Origin: Candidatus Limnocylindrales bacterium
GTDB taxonomy: Bacteria > Moduliflexota > Moduliflexia > Moduliflexales > JAUQPW01
Direction of reading: 5' to 3'
NCBI GenBank assembly: GCA_035559535.1
Contig: DATMBG010000051.1
Span: forward strand, 434,001-498,000
Length of the DNA: 64,000 nucleotides
Shown here: positions 51,342 to 61,017 of the stretch, in pieces
Position numbering within the stretch: position 1 is the stretch's first letter
Layout of the letters: each line of letters begins with the position of its first letter
Notes under the pieces: generated by a model
What the model was told of the DNA's origin: nothing
Database searches by the model: none
What the model saw: only the letters and a program-made list of their open reading frames with translations
Translations under genes and position numbers: made by a program

Positions 51342-51924
51342 GGCTTATAACTTCGACAATACCTGTATTCAAATCGTAGTATGCTCCCAGGACATTCACA
51401 TCCTTGGATATAGGCATTATGAGGTTCTCTATCCGAGCAAGGGTCATTTTTACATGGGTTTTGACAATACTATTTAACAAATCGTCCTCATTCTTGTATT
51501 GTGGTATATTCCCGTGCTGTTCTATTGCCAGCGCGATTTGTTCTGTTATGCAAGATGCATCATCAGCGTTTCCTAATTGTTGCCTCTTTTGGATTACAAG
51601 TGATACTGCACCACAACGTGCATGCCCAAGCACTACTATCAGAGGAATATAAAGCGATTTGATGCCAAATAGAATGCTCTCCATCACAACTTTGTCAATG
51701 GTATGCCCGGCTGTTCGTATCACGAACAAATCACCCAGCCCACAATCGAAAACTATTTCAGGAGGGACACGAGAATCTGAACATCCCAGAATCATGGCAA
51801 ATGGCTGTTGAGAAACGCTGAGTTGATAACGACGGGCAATACTTATGTCAGAACGCAGTGCCTCGCCGAGAGAAAATCGGCGATTTCCCTGCAAGAGTCG
51901 TTCTATTATGTCATTCACAAGCAA
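51319..51924 (-). CDS. Beta-class carbonic anhydrase (integron cassette)
   Basis: CSDSRVPPE, GDLFVIR, GHARCGAV; GGAGG RBS; stop lies inside the attC. Confidence 0.93.
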   Translation of the reverse strand: MLVNDIIERLLQGNRRFSLGEALRSDISIARRYQLSVSQQPFAMILGCSDSRVPPEIVFDCGLGDLFVIRTAGHTIDKVVMESILFGIKSLYIPLIVVLGHARCGAVSLVIQKRQQLGNADDASCITEQIALAIEQHGNIPQYKNEDDLLNSIVKTHVKMTLARIENLIMPISKDVNVLGAYYDLNTGIVEVISRPTRACT

Positions 51925-52005
51925 TTTAATGGCCTCCTTCCTTGAGACTGTGGTTGGAGAGAACAGGTGGATCCATCCACATGAATTATCATGAATTATA
52001 AAGTT

Positions 52006-52032
52006 ACCTAACGACCGGGCTAAGCTGCGGGA
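52006..52032 (-). other. 3' half of an attC site (5' half replaced by a dispersed repeat)
   Basis: cccgcagcttagcccggtcGTTAGGT; adjacent 52035-52079 resembles 23486-23530. Confidence 0.6.
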
Positions 52033-52141
52033 AGGGGGTAAGGGGCATATACATCAAGCTAAGAAAGGAAAAAGCCTTAAATCCTTAGAACTGCGTACTT
52101 TGGAACGGTATTGTAACTGCAAATTTTCGGTTCTGATGACT

Positions 52142-52393
52142 GTGGTAGACGAGGAGTTGCGAACGCCCTCGGAAGAGGTCTGCCAGCGAGGCGTTCCCCT
52201 TGTCGGTCTCAAACCGATACGCCTTATCGATCTGAACCCACGGCAGCTCCTGTCGCCGCCGTGCCAGTTCGTCGCTGTGCTACGTGAGTTTCTTCTCCGC
52301 CCCGAGCCGCTCGAGCCGCGCTGCAAGCCACTGTTTACGTGTTCCGGCCGCATGGTGAGTCCTCGTCTTCTCTCCTTTCGTGGGGTCGGTCAT
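52142..52393 (-). pseudogene. DUF899 (thioredoxin-like) pseudogene, truncated
   Basis: WLAARLERL/fs/AEKKLT*HSDELARRRQELPWVQIDKAYRFETDKGNASLADLFRGRSQLLVYH. Confidence 0.8.
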
Positions 52394-52598
52394 AGTATTC
52401 TCTCCTTATCGTCTATGTCCGCTCGTGCACCTTCTGGTTTTAGCACGCACAGGATGTGCAGGGAGAGATGCTTGCAGGACGCGTGTTTGGTTAAGGGACG
52501 AACTTATGAATTAACTCCTAGCCTTTGTTAAGGCAGGATACTTTGTGCAGGCCGTAAAGAATAACTCCTCGCATGATTTGACTTCTGGTCGCCGATAC

Positions 52599-52844
52599 TT
52601 ACGGTCGTGACAATTCCGATAGATCGTAGCCCGGTCTCTTGTAAAGCTGCTTCGGTTTGTTGACAATGTCAGGCTTATACACCTTCTCTGCCCAGTCCTG
52701 GGGCTCGACCTCTTCTATCGAGACCGAGACGGATTCCTCTCCGCAGCCCAGGATGCTCATGACATCCTTGGTGATAGCTTCTGCGAGCCGGGCCTTCTGT
52801 TGCTCGGACCTGCCAGGCCAGAGCTTCAAGATTACATGAGGCAT
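52599..52844 (-). CDS. 4-oxalocrotonate tautomerase family (PptA-like)
   Basis: (M)[33 protein letters not shown]-terminal Pro. Confidence 0.9.
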   Translation of the reverse strand: MPHVILKLWPGRSEQQKARLAEAITKDVMSILGCGEESVSVSIEEVEPQDWAEKVYKPDIVNKPKQLYKRPGYDLSELSRP

Positions 52845-52886
52845 GTTAAAGACCCTCCGATTCTTTCAAACTGATCGCCGCTCGAT

Positions 52887-53245
52887 CTACTCGCGGTACT
52901 GCTGGTCGCTAATCTGCTCCATCCAGTCCACCGCTTTGTTGTCGAGCTTCTCTTGGATAGCGATGTGCATTATTACCGTTGTCGGGGTCACTCCGTGCCA
53001 GTGCTTCTCGCCCAATCAGATTTCCTCGACCGGTCCGCTCCCGCGTTACGCCCAACTGCAGCCGGTCGTCACGATCAAGATCCGACCCGGCGGGTGCGTA
53101 TGCCATGCAGTTCAGGCATCTGGCTTAAAGTGCTGGCGATAGAGACACACTCCAGATCGAATGACTCGAACAGTGAGCCGACTCGAACCATACCGGTAAA
53201 CCAATCTGATAGACCTTTACCAGACGGTTAAGAACCACTCCGTTT
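52887..53245 (-). pseudogene. Cupin-domain pseudogene
   Basis: KGLSDWFTG...TAWHTHPPG...GEKHWHG...[21 protein letters not shown] with stops, a frameshift and a deletion. Confidence 0.85.
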
Positions 53246-53517
53246 ACAGTAATCAGCGTACCACTTTCAAGCACGGGCTCGTACTGACGTAATATCTGTA
53301 CCAACCGACTTCCCAAACCCTGAGGCAGAATATCTTGCGTGCGAACCTGAATCACACTCCCAACTCTTAAGTTAGACGTCAACACTCCGTGTAACAGATA
53401 CAGGAAAGTAAAGGCTACAATGATCAGCATTACTCCGAAAATGGCAAAACGAAGCACAACACCCGGAGCATCAATACCATAGTCAGCGTGCCTTGTTGCA
53501 GTAGATTGTTGGTTCAT
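53246..53517 (-). pseudogene. Fused remnants: methyltransferase-like N-terminus + DUF5615 PIN-like C-terminus
   Basis: DYGIDAPGVV...TM segment joined to SVIQVRTQDILP...LESGTLITV. Confidence 0.55.
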
Positions 53518-53547
53518 TCTTGATATTTAACCTACGCTTCACAAAGC

Positions 53548-53580
53548 ATCCAACAAGTTATTGTACAGTTTCTGGATAAC
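53548..53580 (-). other. Putative attI site
   Basis: gttatccagaaactgtacaataacttGTTGGAT, about 30 nt before the first cassette ATG, between the cassettes and the divergent intI. Confidence 0.55.
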
Positions 53581-53760
53581 TCCACCACAACATCAAATAA
53601 GACGTTTAACCTACTTGGAAGGTTCCACGCGCCTCTAAGCGGCAACAAACTCCCTGACCCGGAGTCACTCGCCGGTGCTATGACCTTCTACATCGTTTTT
53701 TGCTATATTGAATATATTATGCTCCATACATAGATCCTTGACAAGTTTTTTCTGCTATTT

Positions 53761-53920
53761 GTAACTGTAACAGCTTAGTAGGTGTCACTTTTCTGCCTGA
53801 ACACCCCCCCCTTAACCCCCCTCCAGGGGGATTCAGCAGCGGCAATCCCACGTCAGTTCCCCCTGGAGGGGGGTTAAGGGGGGGTGTTTCTTTTTCCACC
53901 TACTAAATTGATACAGGTAC
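53761..53920. mobile_element. MITE (same family as 13695-13840) with a 9-bp target duplication
   Basis: TIRs gtaactgtaacagcttagtaggtg / cacctactaaattgatacaggtac; ctgctattt at 53752-53760 and 53921-53929. Confidence 0.88.
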
Positions 53921-54050
53921 CTGCTATTTTAGCTTCTTCTCTCTGGATATCCTGTCAGGAGAAAACTATCTGGAAATCTATTCTACTTCAGGAAAACACC
54001 CTAGGCTCAATATTCCTCCCCGTCCACGGGGAGGGATGGAGTGGGGGTCT

Positions 54051-54710
54051 CCAGCCTTACGGACACAATTTGAAACGGGCTTACGGAACATGGCAATTCC
54101 GAAACATGCCCAGACTGCTTATACAAAATGGCTGCGCCAGGATCTGGATTTTTGCCAGAAGTACCATTTCCCCCACACGTAGAGAGAGTCTTCCTCACTT
54201 TCTCCACAAATTACAGGAAAAGAAGCAAACCCAGGCGCAATAACAGCCGGCGTCCCATGCCATCTTGCTGGATTACGAGTGGGGGCACACGGCCGTGTGC
54301 CCCTACCGAGGAATCATCCCTTCGACCAGTTCAGGACCCCGCTCCTAAGGCTTTCTCTTCCTCCCACATCGCAAAAACATCCCTTCCACCCTTCCATAAG
54401 CCCCAGACCCTGCAAGCCCAGGACCCCGCAACGGGAGTTTCCTGGAAAACGGGTACACTTGGTTAGTCAACGAAATCTAGGTTGGGCATTATTCCCCGAA
54501 AACCTTAGAAACCTATACCCGATGGGTACGACACTTTCAAATTTTTACTCGAGGCAAGGATCTGCAATGGCTCTTTTCTACCGACAAACGAGGCGTTGGA
54601 CCTACCCTTGTCAGGGAATTCTTGAAGTTTTTGGCGGTGACCCGAAAGGTGTCGGCCTCAACCCAGAACCAGGCCTTTAAGGCAGTGTTATTTTTTATAA
54701 ACCTGTTCGG
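54051..54710 (+). pseudogene. intI: Integron integrase pseudogene (N-terminal part only)
   Basis: AYTKWLRQDLDFCQKYHF...LQEKKQT; then NEI*VGHYSPKTLETYTRWVRHF...EFLKFLAVTRKVSASTQNQAF; stops, a frameshift and REP insertions; catalytic domain absent. Confidence 0.85.
54279..54306. repeat. REP-like palindrome inside the intI pseudogene
   Basis: gtgggggcacacggccgtgtgcccctac. Confidence 0.85.
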
Positions 54711-54752
54711 AATAAGGGGTTTGGGATAGTCAGCCAGAACCGTTTACTTACT

Positions 54753-55046
54753 TTATCCCAGGGGTGAAGTCGTTAAGAGGGTATTGAGGGTTTTAAAATA
54801 AACTTGCGATTTTCTGGCGTGGATCACCGGAATCCCTCGTCTTCTGGCTTCTGATTTAAGGCGATAGACCAGGGTGTGATTAACAAAATCACAAAGAAGA
54901 ATAATGACTTCAATTCCATCTGGAATTTTTTTTCGAACCTCCTCATGGCTCCGTCCCTTCCAATGAAGGATCTGCTTAATCCCTAAGTCCTGGAGATTCC
55001 TTGTAAGCGATCCCAGATGATCTGCTCCTACAACTAAAACCTTCAT
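54753..55046 (-). CDS. DUF2325-like protein
   Basis: VLVVGADHLG, HWKGR, DFVNH, IPVIHA. Confidence 0.8.
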   Translation of the reverse strand: MKVLVVGADHLGSLTRNLQDLGIKQILHWKGRSHEEVRKKIPDGIEVIILLCDFVNHTLVYRLKSEARRRGIPVIHARKSQVYFKTLNTLLTTSPLG

Positions 55047-55075
55047 GTTGTTTCCTTTTCCGAAAACCTATCCCT

Positions 55076-55492
55076 CTACCTGTAAACCCAAAACGTAGGG
55101 GCGGACGGCCGTCCGCCCGTACATCGGATGGCTGCAAGGACTTGCTCCAACATAGATCTTTCTAAGGGTTTATCCAGGCAATCAAAGACTCCACAAACCT
55201 GGGCTTTAATAAATACCTCTGCCCCTACCTGTGGGGTGATGAGTACTACTTTGGCTTGAGATTCAAAACGTCGAACAAGATCTAAAATTTTCATTCCCTC
55301 AAACTCCGGAAATCCAAGCTCGCTGATAATTAAAGAGAAAGCCTCCTCCCTGAAAAGTTGTGCGGCTTCATACGCCCGCGCCACTCCTTTAACCTGATAG
55401 CCATGCTCATTCAGCATTTCTTCTAAAAATTTTCGATCGTCGGGATCGGAATTTATAACCAGGGCCTTACTTAACCCATTTGTTGGTTCCAT
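55076..55492 (-). CDS. Single-domain pseudo-receiver (CheY-like)
   Basis: LVINSD, IISELGFP (Glu at the phospho-Asp position), LDKP; C-terminus encoded by a REP at 55095-55122. Confidence 0.8.
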   Translation of the reverse strand: MEPTNGLSKALVINSDPDDRKFLEEMLNEHGYQVKGVARAYEAAQLFREEAFSLIISELGFPEFEGMKILDLVRRFESQAKVVLITPQVGAEVFIKAQVCGVFDCLDKPLERSMLEQVLAAIRCTGGRPSAPTFWVYR

Positions 55493-55558
55493 GATGTACC
55501 TCCCTACCTGATAAGGACAAGGGGTTTAAAGATATCCAAGATCGTTACCTCCAGAATA

Positions 55559-55574
55559 CGCAAAGGTGGTACCA
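55559..55574 (-). promoter_or_regulatory. sigma54-type promoter of the receiver/DUF2325 pair
   Basis: TGGTACCACCTTTGCG; tgcctaaaat-like boxes at 55663-55679 and 55694-55710. Confidence 0.55.
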
Positions 55575-55887
55575 TCCAGACCAAAGGAAAGGTTTTAAGG
55601 GATATTCTCTTTAAAAACAGATACTTAGAATGAAGATGCTCCTTCTAAGCAGTCTTCAAATACGAGTAGATTTTAGGCAAATCCCGGAAAAGGTGATTAA
55701 AATCCATACAATTGGATTAGTTTTTATGTAAAATATCCCTATTCAAAAACAAAACCCCCATAGACAAAAAACTTCTTTGTCTTTATTCTTTAAATAATGA
55801 AAAAGTAAACGGTCGTGTAAAACCTCTCCCTTTTAAGAGATGGGTTACTGTGTAGTCAGAGGAACCCGAAACAACAGAAAATGAAAT

Positions 55888-57195
55888 ATGAACCCAATAA
55901 CAAAAAGGATTGTTTTCCTCCTCTTTTTTGTAAATCTATTTTTTGTCCAAAACGAAGTTTTCAGCGCCTCCGAAGAAAGTTCCGAGCTGCAAACCGAAGC
56001 GGAGCGACAACGTCTTCAAAAGCTTCAAAACATCCAGCCTCCCAACCAGAGTGGCGTGGAACGAGGGCTTGTCTGGTTAGAAGGCTATTTTCTTGAAGGC
56101 ATACTTCCCAATTATAAAGGATTTACCCCTCAAGTAGGAACCATTACATCGGGTTCCAGCATCGCTTTTGGAGGACTTTACTGGAAGCCCAATATCGGCG
56201 GCTCGATCATTGACCTTCAAGTTTCTGGTGGCTATTCAATCTTGGGCTATCAGGAATACGAGTTGCAAATCGGAAGGGTTACCCAAAAACCGACCCTCTT
56301 TTTAGAATTCCCTCATTTTATCGGGGATATCTTCCAATTTGGTGATATTCGACAGGAGGATCGGGATTTTTTCCTTTACGCGGATCTGGATTATCGCAAT
56401 TTTCCTCAGCAAGATTTTTTTGGTATTGGTCCGAACTCCCTGGAAGACAATCGAACTGATTATAAACTGGAAGGAGCTACCTATGATGCCGTCGTAGGGT
56501 ATCAGTTTAACCGTTGGCTTCGTACCGGCCTCCGGGTGGGGTTTATACAGGTAAATATCGATCGGGGTACCGATGAGAGCATTCCAGCCACACAAGACGT
56601 ATTCAATGATATTTCAGCCCCGGGATTGGCCAAACAACCGGACTTTTTTCGCCTGAGTAGCTCTCTAATCTTTAACTATCGGGATGTACCGGGAAATCCT
56701 CACCGGGGTGGAGTCTTAGGGTTTATGTTTACCCGATATCAGGATCTTGATGAGGATCAATTCAGCTTCAATCGTTTCGCCTTTGATGCTCGACATTACT
56801 TACCTTTAGGGTCACCTGCCCGGGTTCTTGCTGTTCGATTCTTTACTTCCCTGGATGACACCGATGAAGGAAATCGGGTTCCTTTTTACCTCCAGGAAAC
56901 TTTAGGAGGAAGTAATACGCTGCAAGGCTTTCGTTCCTTTCGTTTTCAGGATACAAACTTGCTATACCTCGCCGCCGAATATCGATGGGAAGCCTTAGAT
57001 TATCTGGAATTTGCCCTTTTTTATGATACAGGTAAGGTTTTTGCCGACCGGTCTGATTTTAATCTTACCGATTTAGAAGATAGTTACGGCTTTGGAGTCC
57101 GATTTAAAGCACCGAGTTCGGTCATCTTCCGGTTTGATATAGGTCACAGCGTCGAAGGTACTCAACTTTATTTTGCCTTTGGATCCACGTTTTAA
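55888..57195 (+). CDS. POTRA-less Omp85-family beta-barrel (copy 2)
   Basis: Collinear paralog of 23917-25206; LGGSNTLQGF, FYDTG, C-terminal FAFGSTF. Confidence 0.85.
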   Translation: MNPITKRIVFLLFFVNLFFVQNEVFSASEESSELQTEAERQRLQKLQNIQPPNQSGVERGLVWLEGYFLEGILPNYKGFTPQVGTITSGSSIAFGGLYWKPNIGGSIIDLQVSGGYSILGYQEYELQIGRVTQKPTLFLEFPHFIGDIFQFGDIRQEDRDFFLYADLDYRNFPQQDFFGIGPNSLEDNRTDYKLEGATYDAVVGYQFNRWLRTGLRVGFIQVNIDRGTDESIPATQDVFNDISAPGLAKQPDFFRLSSSLIFNYRDVPGNPHRGGVLGFMFTRYQDLDEDQFSFNRFAFDARHYLPLGSPARVLAVRFFTSLDDTDEGNRVPFYLQETLGGSNTLQGFRSFRFQDTNLLYLAAEYRWEALDYLEFALFYDTGKVFADRSDFNLTDLEDSYGFGVRFKAPSSVIFRFDIGHSVEGTQLYFAFGSTF

Positions 57196-57212
57196 ATCCT
57201 GCTTAAGGCCGG

Positions 57213-59018
57213 TTGTCATTTGCAAGATCTCATGTACAACCGATACTAGGTAAAAATATGAAAGATTTACTAAAGCAACTTTCCAAAATACTCTGGCTTG
57301 GACTCTTGTTATCCGTAATCAACCTTTCGGGAGCAATTGCCTGGGACAACCAACAACAATCCAACGATCCTTCAACCCGACCTGAGACAAGGAACGTAGA
57401 ACCGGTCGCGGATCAAAAACCCAAATTCTTTCCCTATGATCCTGTATGGGTAGATCGAGACCAGATTTCCATTCCCAAGCCAAAACCTATTGAGTTGAGT
57501 AAGATATATGATTTTGCAGAGAACACCTTTAGTAAGCCTGGAGATCCAACGATTCGGCGGGCTCAGAACATCAACACCCTGGGAGAAGTTCCCGATTCCA
57601 GTTGGTTTACCAACCGAATTGGACTCCACCCCATGACTTTAGAACAACTCGCTCGGGGCCCCAATCGAAGCGATGGACCGGATATGTCCGGCCCCTGGAC
57701 CATCATCTCAGCCAAAACTCAGGGCGTTACCCCGGGATTCGTCATGAAGGATAGCCGAGGAGATACTTATTTTATCAAGTTAGATCCCAAGAAATACCCC
57801 CAAATGGCAACCTCAGCCGAGGTCATAAGCACGAAGTTTTTCTACGCCTTTGGATATAATGTTCCGGAGAACTATCTCGCCTTCTTCCGACCGGAGCAAC
57901 TTAAAATTGGACCGGAAGCTAAAGTTCCCGGTAGGGATGGTAAAAAACGACCGATGACCAAAGCCGATATCGATGCGATCCTGTGTAAAGTGCCGAAGCG
58001 TTCCGATGGAACCATTCAGGCTCTTGCCAGTCTCAAGCTTCCAGGAGAACCCCTGGGTCCTTTTAAATATTATGGAACCCGAAGTGACGACCCCAACGAT
58101 ATATTTCCCCATGAGAACCGTCGTGAGTTACGAGGATTGCAAGTTTTTTTCTCCTGGTTGAACGATAATGATTCCGATGCGACCAATACTTTAGATATGT
58201 ATGTAACGGAAGCAGGTCGTAGCTACGTTAAGCATTACCTCATCGATTTTGGAACCACCCTGGGGAGTGCGGCCATTGCTCCCCATGGTCCCCGGGAAGG
58301 GAATGCCTACTACTTTGAAGGGAAGCCCACTCTGAAATCGGCCCTTACTTTAGGCCTCTGGGACCCCCCTTGGAGACACATCCAATATCAAGAATATCCG
58401 GAAATCGGACGGTTTGAAGCTTCTTATTTCCGACCCGAACACTGGAAACCAGATTATCCCAATCCTGCCGGCATTCGGATGCAGAATGAAGATGCCTTCT
58501 GGGCTACCCGGACGGTAATGCGTTTTACCGATGAGATGGTCCGGGCCATTGTAAAAACCGGTCAAATTTCTAACCCGGAAGCCGAGAATTTTCTCGTAAA
58601 AACTCTCCTTCAAAGACGAGATAAGATCCTTCATTATTATCTAAACCAGATTAACCCCTTAGATGATTTTCGGTTAGTCATCCCAGAAACAACTCCCCAA
58701 ACTACTCCGGAACAGCCTGAGGAAGCTACTCCTTTCCTGAATTTCAAAAATCTAGGAGTAGAAGCCAGAATTTCTACGGCTAATTCATACGAGTATCAAT
58801 GGTTCCGATTTAATAACCAAGACGGTTCAACAGAACCTTTGACCGAGATTCAATCCTCTGCCTCTCCCTCAATCCCTGTACCCCAGGATGCTTCTCCTTA
58901 TCTCATGGTAAGAATCCGAACCCTCAGTCCGAATCAGGAAAACTGGAAGAAAAAAGTAGAAGTTTTTATCCGTAACATTCCGGAAAAATCCGTCGTAGGA
59001 ATTGAAAGGGAAAACTAA
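57213..59018 (+). CDS. Exported atypical kinase-like protein (copy 2; probable start ATG 57258)
   Basis: Paralog of 25276-27012; QGVTPG, YFIKLD, SAEV, NDNDSDATN, IDFG. Confidence 0.65.
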   Translation: MSFARSHVQPILGKNMKDLLKQLSKILWLGLLLSVINLSGAIAWDNQQQSNDPSTRPETRNVEPVADQKPKFFPYDPVWVDRDQISIPKPKPIELSKIYDFAENTFSKPGDPTIRRAQNINTLGEVPDSSWFTNRIGLHPMTLEQLARGPNRSDGPDMSGPWTIISAKTQGVTPGFVMKDSRGDTYFIKLDPKKYPQMATSAEVISTKFFYAFGYNVPENYLAFFRPEQLKIGPEAKVPGRDGKKRPMTKADIDAILCKVPKRSDGTIQALASLKLPGEPLGPFKYYGTRSDDPNDIFPHENRRELRGLQVFFSWLNDNDSDATNTLDMYVTEAGRSYVKHYLIDFGTTLGSAAIAPHGPREGNAYYFEGKPTLKSALTLGLWDPPWRHIQYQEYPEIGRFEASYFRPEHWKPDYPNPAGIRMQNEDAFWATRTVMRFTDEMVRAIVKTGQISNPEAENFLVKTLLQRRDKILHYYLNQINPLDDFRLVIPETTPQTTPEQPEEATPFLNFKNLGVEARISTANSYEYQWFRFNNQDGSTEPLTEIQSSASPSIPVPQDASPYLMVRIRTLSPNQENWKKKVEVFIRNIPEKSVVGIEREN

Positions 59019-59047
59019 AATTTATTTTGGTCAAGCCGATGAAATTT

Positions 59048-59818
59048 TTAGCTGCAGGATTCATCTCCTTGAAGTAAACGTGCGGCGGCGTGATCGACCA
59101 GCCAGAGTAACTCTCCGGGGTCTGGACGAATCAACTGGGCAGGGAGTTGTTGGGGTTCATATCTTCCTTCAAGGACTGCCTTCAAAGGCAGGGCTTTTTC
59201 ATCTCCACTCACCAGGAAGATCACACAGGCTGCACGGTTCAAGACGGGTACCGTCAAGGTTACCCGATTGGTATACAACTTTCCGACCCAGTTGGAGACG
59301 ACCAGTCGTTTTTGTTCCTGTAATGCTCTTGTACAGGGAAAAAGTGAAGCGGTATGGGCATCGGACCCAAGACCCAGGAACACCAGATCGAAACGTGGAA
59401 GTTGTTCGGCCGACAATTGAAAGAAATCTCGTAATACCTGCTCATATTCCTCGGCTGCTTTCCCGGCATCCGGATTCTCACCTCTGATCCGATGGATATG
59501 GGTTGGTGGAACGGGTACTTTGGATAACATTACCTCGTTGGCCATGCGATAGTTACTCTCTATATGATCAGGTGGAACGGGACGTTCATCCCCCCAGAAG
59601 AAGTAAATCCGGTCCCAAGGTATCTGGTTTCGAAAGGTTGCATCATCGACCAACAATGAGTAAAATCCCTTGGGCGTTGAACCACCGGACAGTACCACCG
59701 TAAAGGAACCTTTTGCTTCTACCGCTTCTCTGGCCCGGCGCATAAACTCTGTAGCTGCTGCACGATATAAGGCCTCGGCATCGGTTACAATCTGAATTTT
59801 GGGTTTCATAGAGACCAT
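59048..59818 (-). CDS. pgl: 6-phosphogluconolactonase
   Basis: LSGGSTP, WGDERPVP, LGLGSDAHTASLFP, RVTLT. Confidence 0.93.
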   Translation of the reverse strand: MVSMKPKIQIVTDAEALYRAAATEFMRRAREAVEAKGSFTVVLSGGSTPKGFYSLLVDDATFRNQIPWDRIYFFWGDERPVPPDHIESNYRMANEVMLSKVPVPPTHIHRIRGENPDAGKAAEEYEQVLRDFFQLSAEQLPRFDLVFLGLGSDAHTASLFPCTRALQEQKRLVVSNWVGKLYTNRVTLTVPVLNRAACVIFLVSGDEKALPLKAVLEGRYEPQQLPAQLIRPDPGELLWLVDHAAARLLQGDESCS

Positions 59819-59887
59819 ACTTCTCCTTTATTCCCTAATAATCTTCCTCTTTCCCTCCTCTTTTGGAGTGCTTATAGATTTTTTCCT

Positions 59888-60559
59888 TCATGCCAATAGA
59901 ACGGCAATGATCCCCGTGAGGAATATCCCATCGAATCGGCCTGCACCCCCAATGGAAGCGATGGGGGCCCCTAAACGGGGAATAACATGTAGATTAAGCA
60001 AATCGGCACCAATCAAACTACCCAGACTTCCAGCAATATAGGCTATCGGCGGTGCATTTTGCGGGGCAAGGAGATAGGCCAGGAATGCAGCTAAAAGAGG
60101 GGGAAGAAACATGGGTACGGCTATCCCTACACCCGGTACCGGCCGGGCTATCCAATGGACTACCATCGTCATAATTAAAACGGCGATACCGCTCTGGAGC
60201 AACAGATGCAGATTTTTAATTAAAAGGTAGAGTGAAATCAGAATGGGAACCACAGCTCCTCCTACATTGATGGCAATAACCGTCCTTCCCGTGCTTACAA
60301 GGGTAGGAATAACATATCGCATACCGAAGAAATTAACCACCTTGTTTTCGATAAATCGTTCCCCGGGAATTTCCATGATGGGGATGTTGATGTAACTCCC
60401 TATCAAGGATAAAAACAGTAAAATCAGAATATACCTGGAATTAACGCCGGCCTTCTCATAGGCATAGCTGATGATTCCTATTTCGATCATAACTACAAGA
60501 ACGGCCAAAACCAGAAAGAACAACAGGATAAAGGGAATGGTAAGGGGGAAGAAATACAT
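59888..60559 (-). CDS. DUF1614 family membrane protein (start placed at the RBS-preceded ATG 60559)
   Basis: GSYINIP, AINVGGA, LIGADLLNL, SIGGAG.FDGIFLTGI. Confidence 0.85.
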   Translation of the reverse strand: MYFFPLTIPFILLFFLVLAVLVVMIEIGIISYAYEKAGVNSRYILILLFLSLIGSYINIPIMEIPGERFIENKVVNFFGMRYVIPTLVSTGRTVIAINVGGAVVPILISLYLLIKNLHLLLQSGIAVLIMTMVVHWIARPVPGVGIAVPMFLPPLLAAFLAYLLAPQNAPPIAYIAGSLGSLIGADLLNLHVIPRLGAPIASIGGAGRFDGIFLTGIIAVLLA

Positions 60560-60924
60560 ACCGATGCCTCCTTTTAGAAGAGTTATCACGGTACCGGGTA
60601 CCTTTGAAGGGTCAAGTACCTTAGCCTGGATTAACTCGGTTAAATAAGTCAATGAAATGATGGGTAACCGATGGGGATATTTCTCCATCTACGGTCACTC
60701 TACGGTCACTTAAAATTTACTCCTTCTCACCTGTTTACCTCAAGCCTAAGACCTATAAAATCTACCTTTGCTCTTTTTATACCTCTTCACCGCACAACGG
60801 ATAGGGTAGGAAGAAGTAACGGTAACCCTTTAACCGGTGTCATTTTTTCTGTCTAAACATCCCCCATCCATACGCGCCGGGTTAAGCTGAAAAGCCCCGT
60901 TAAGGGCGAACCGTGGCTGGCACA

Positions 60925-61017
60925 TATACCCTCAAGGGGGGACTGATGCGGGATTGTTCCTATTGAAGTCCCCCCTCCAGGCGGACCCGGCAGGTGATTC
61001 TTCTTCCATCTACTAAA
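60925..61017. mobile_element. Degenerate partial MITE copy
   Basis: Reverse-complement core gactgatgcgggattg and end ttcttcttccatctactaaa. Confidence 0.55.

Noticed and set aside
53125-53517. Genuine 130-aa protein
   Set aside because: Chimera of unrelated fragments that reads into the cupin pseudogene off-frame.
53717-54680. ORF-track calls 53717-53899, 53884-54243, 54007-54207, 54128-54466, 54279-54680
   Set aside because: Translations of MITE/REP sequence or alternative frames of the intI pseudogene.
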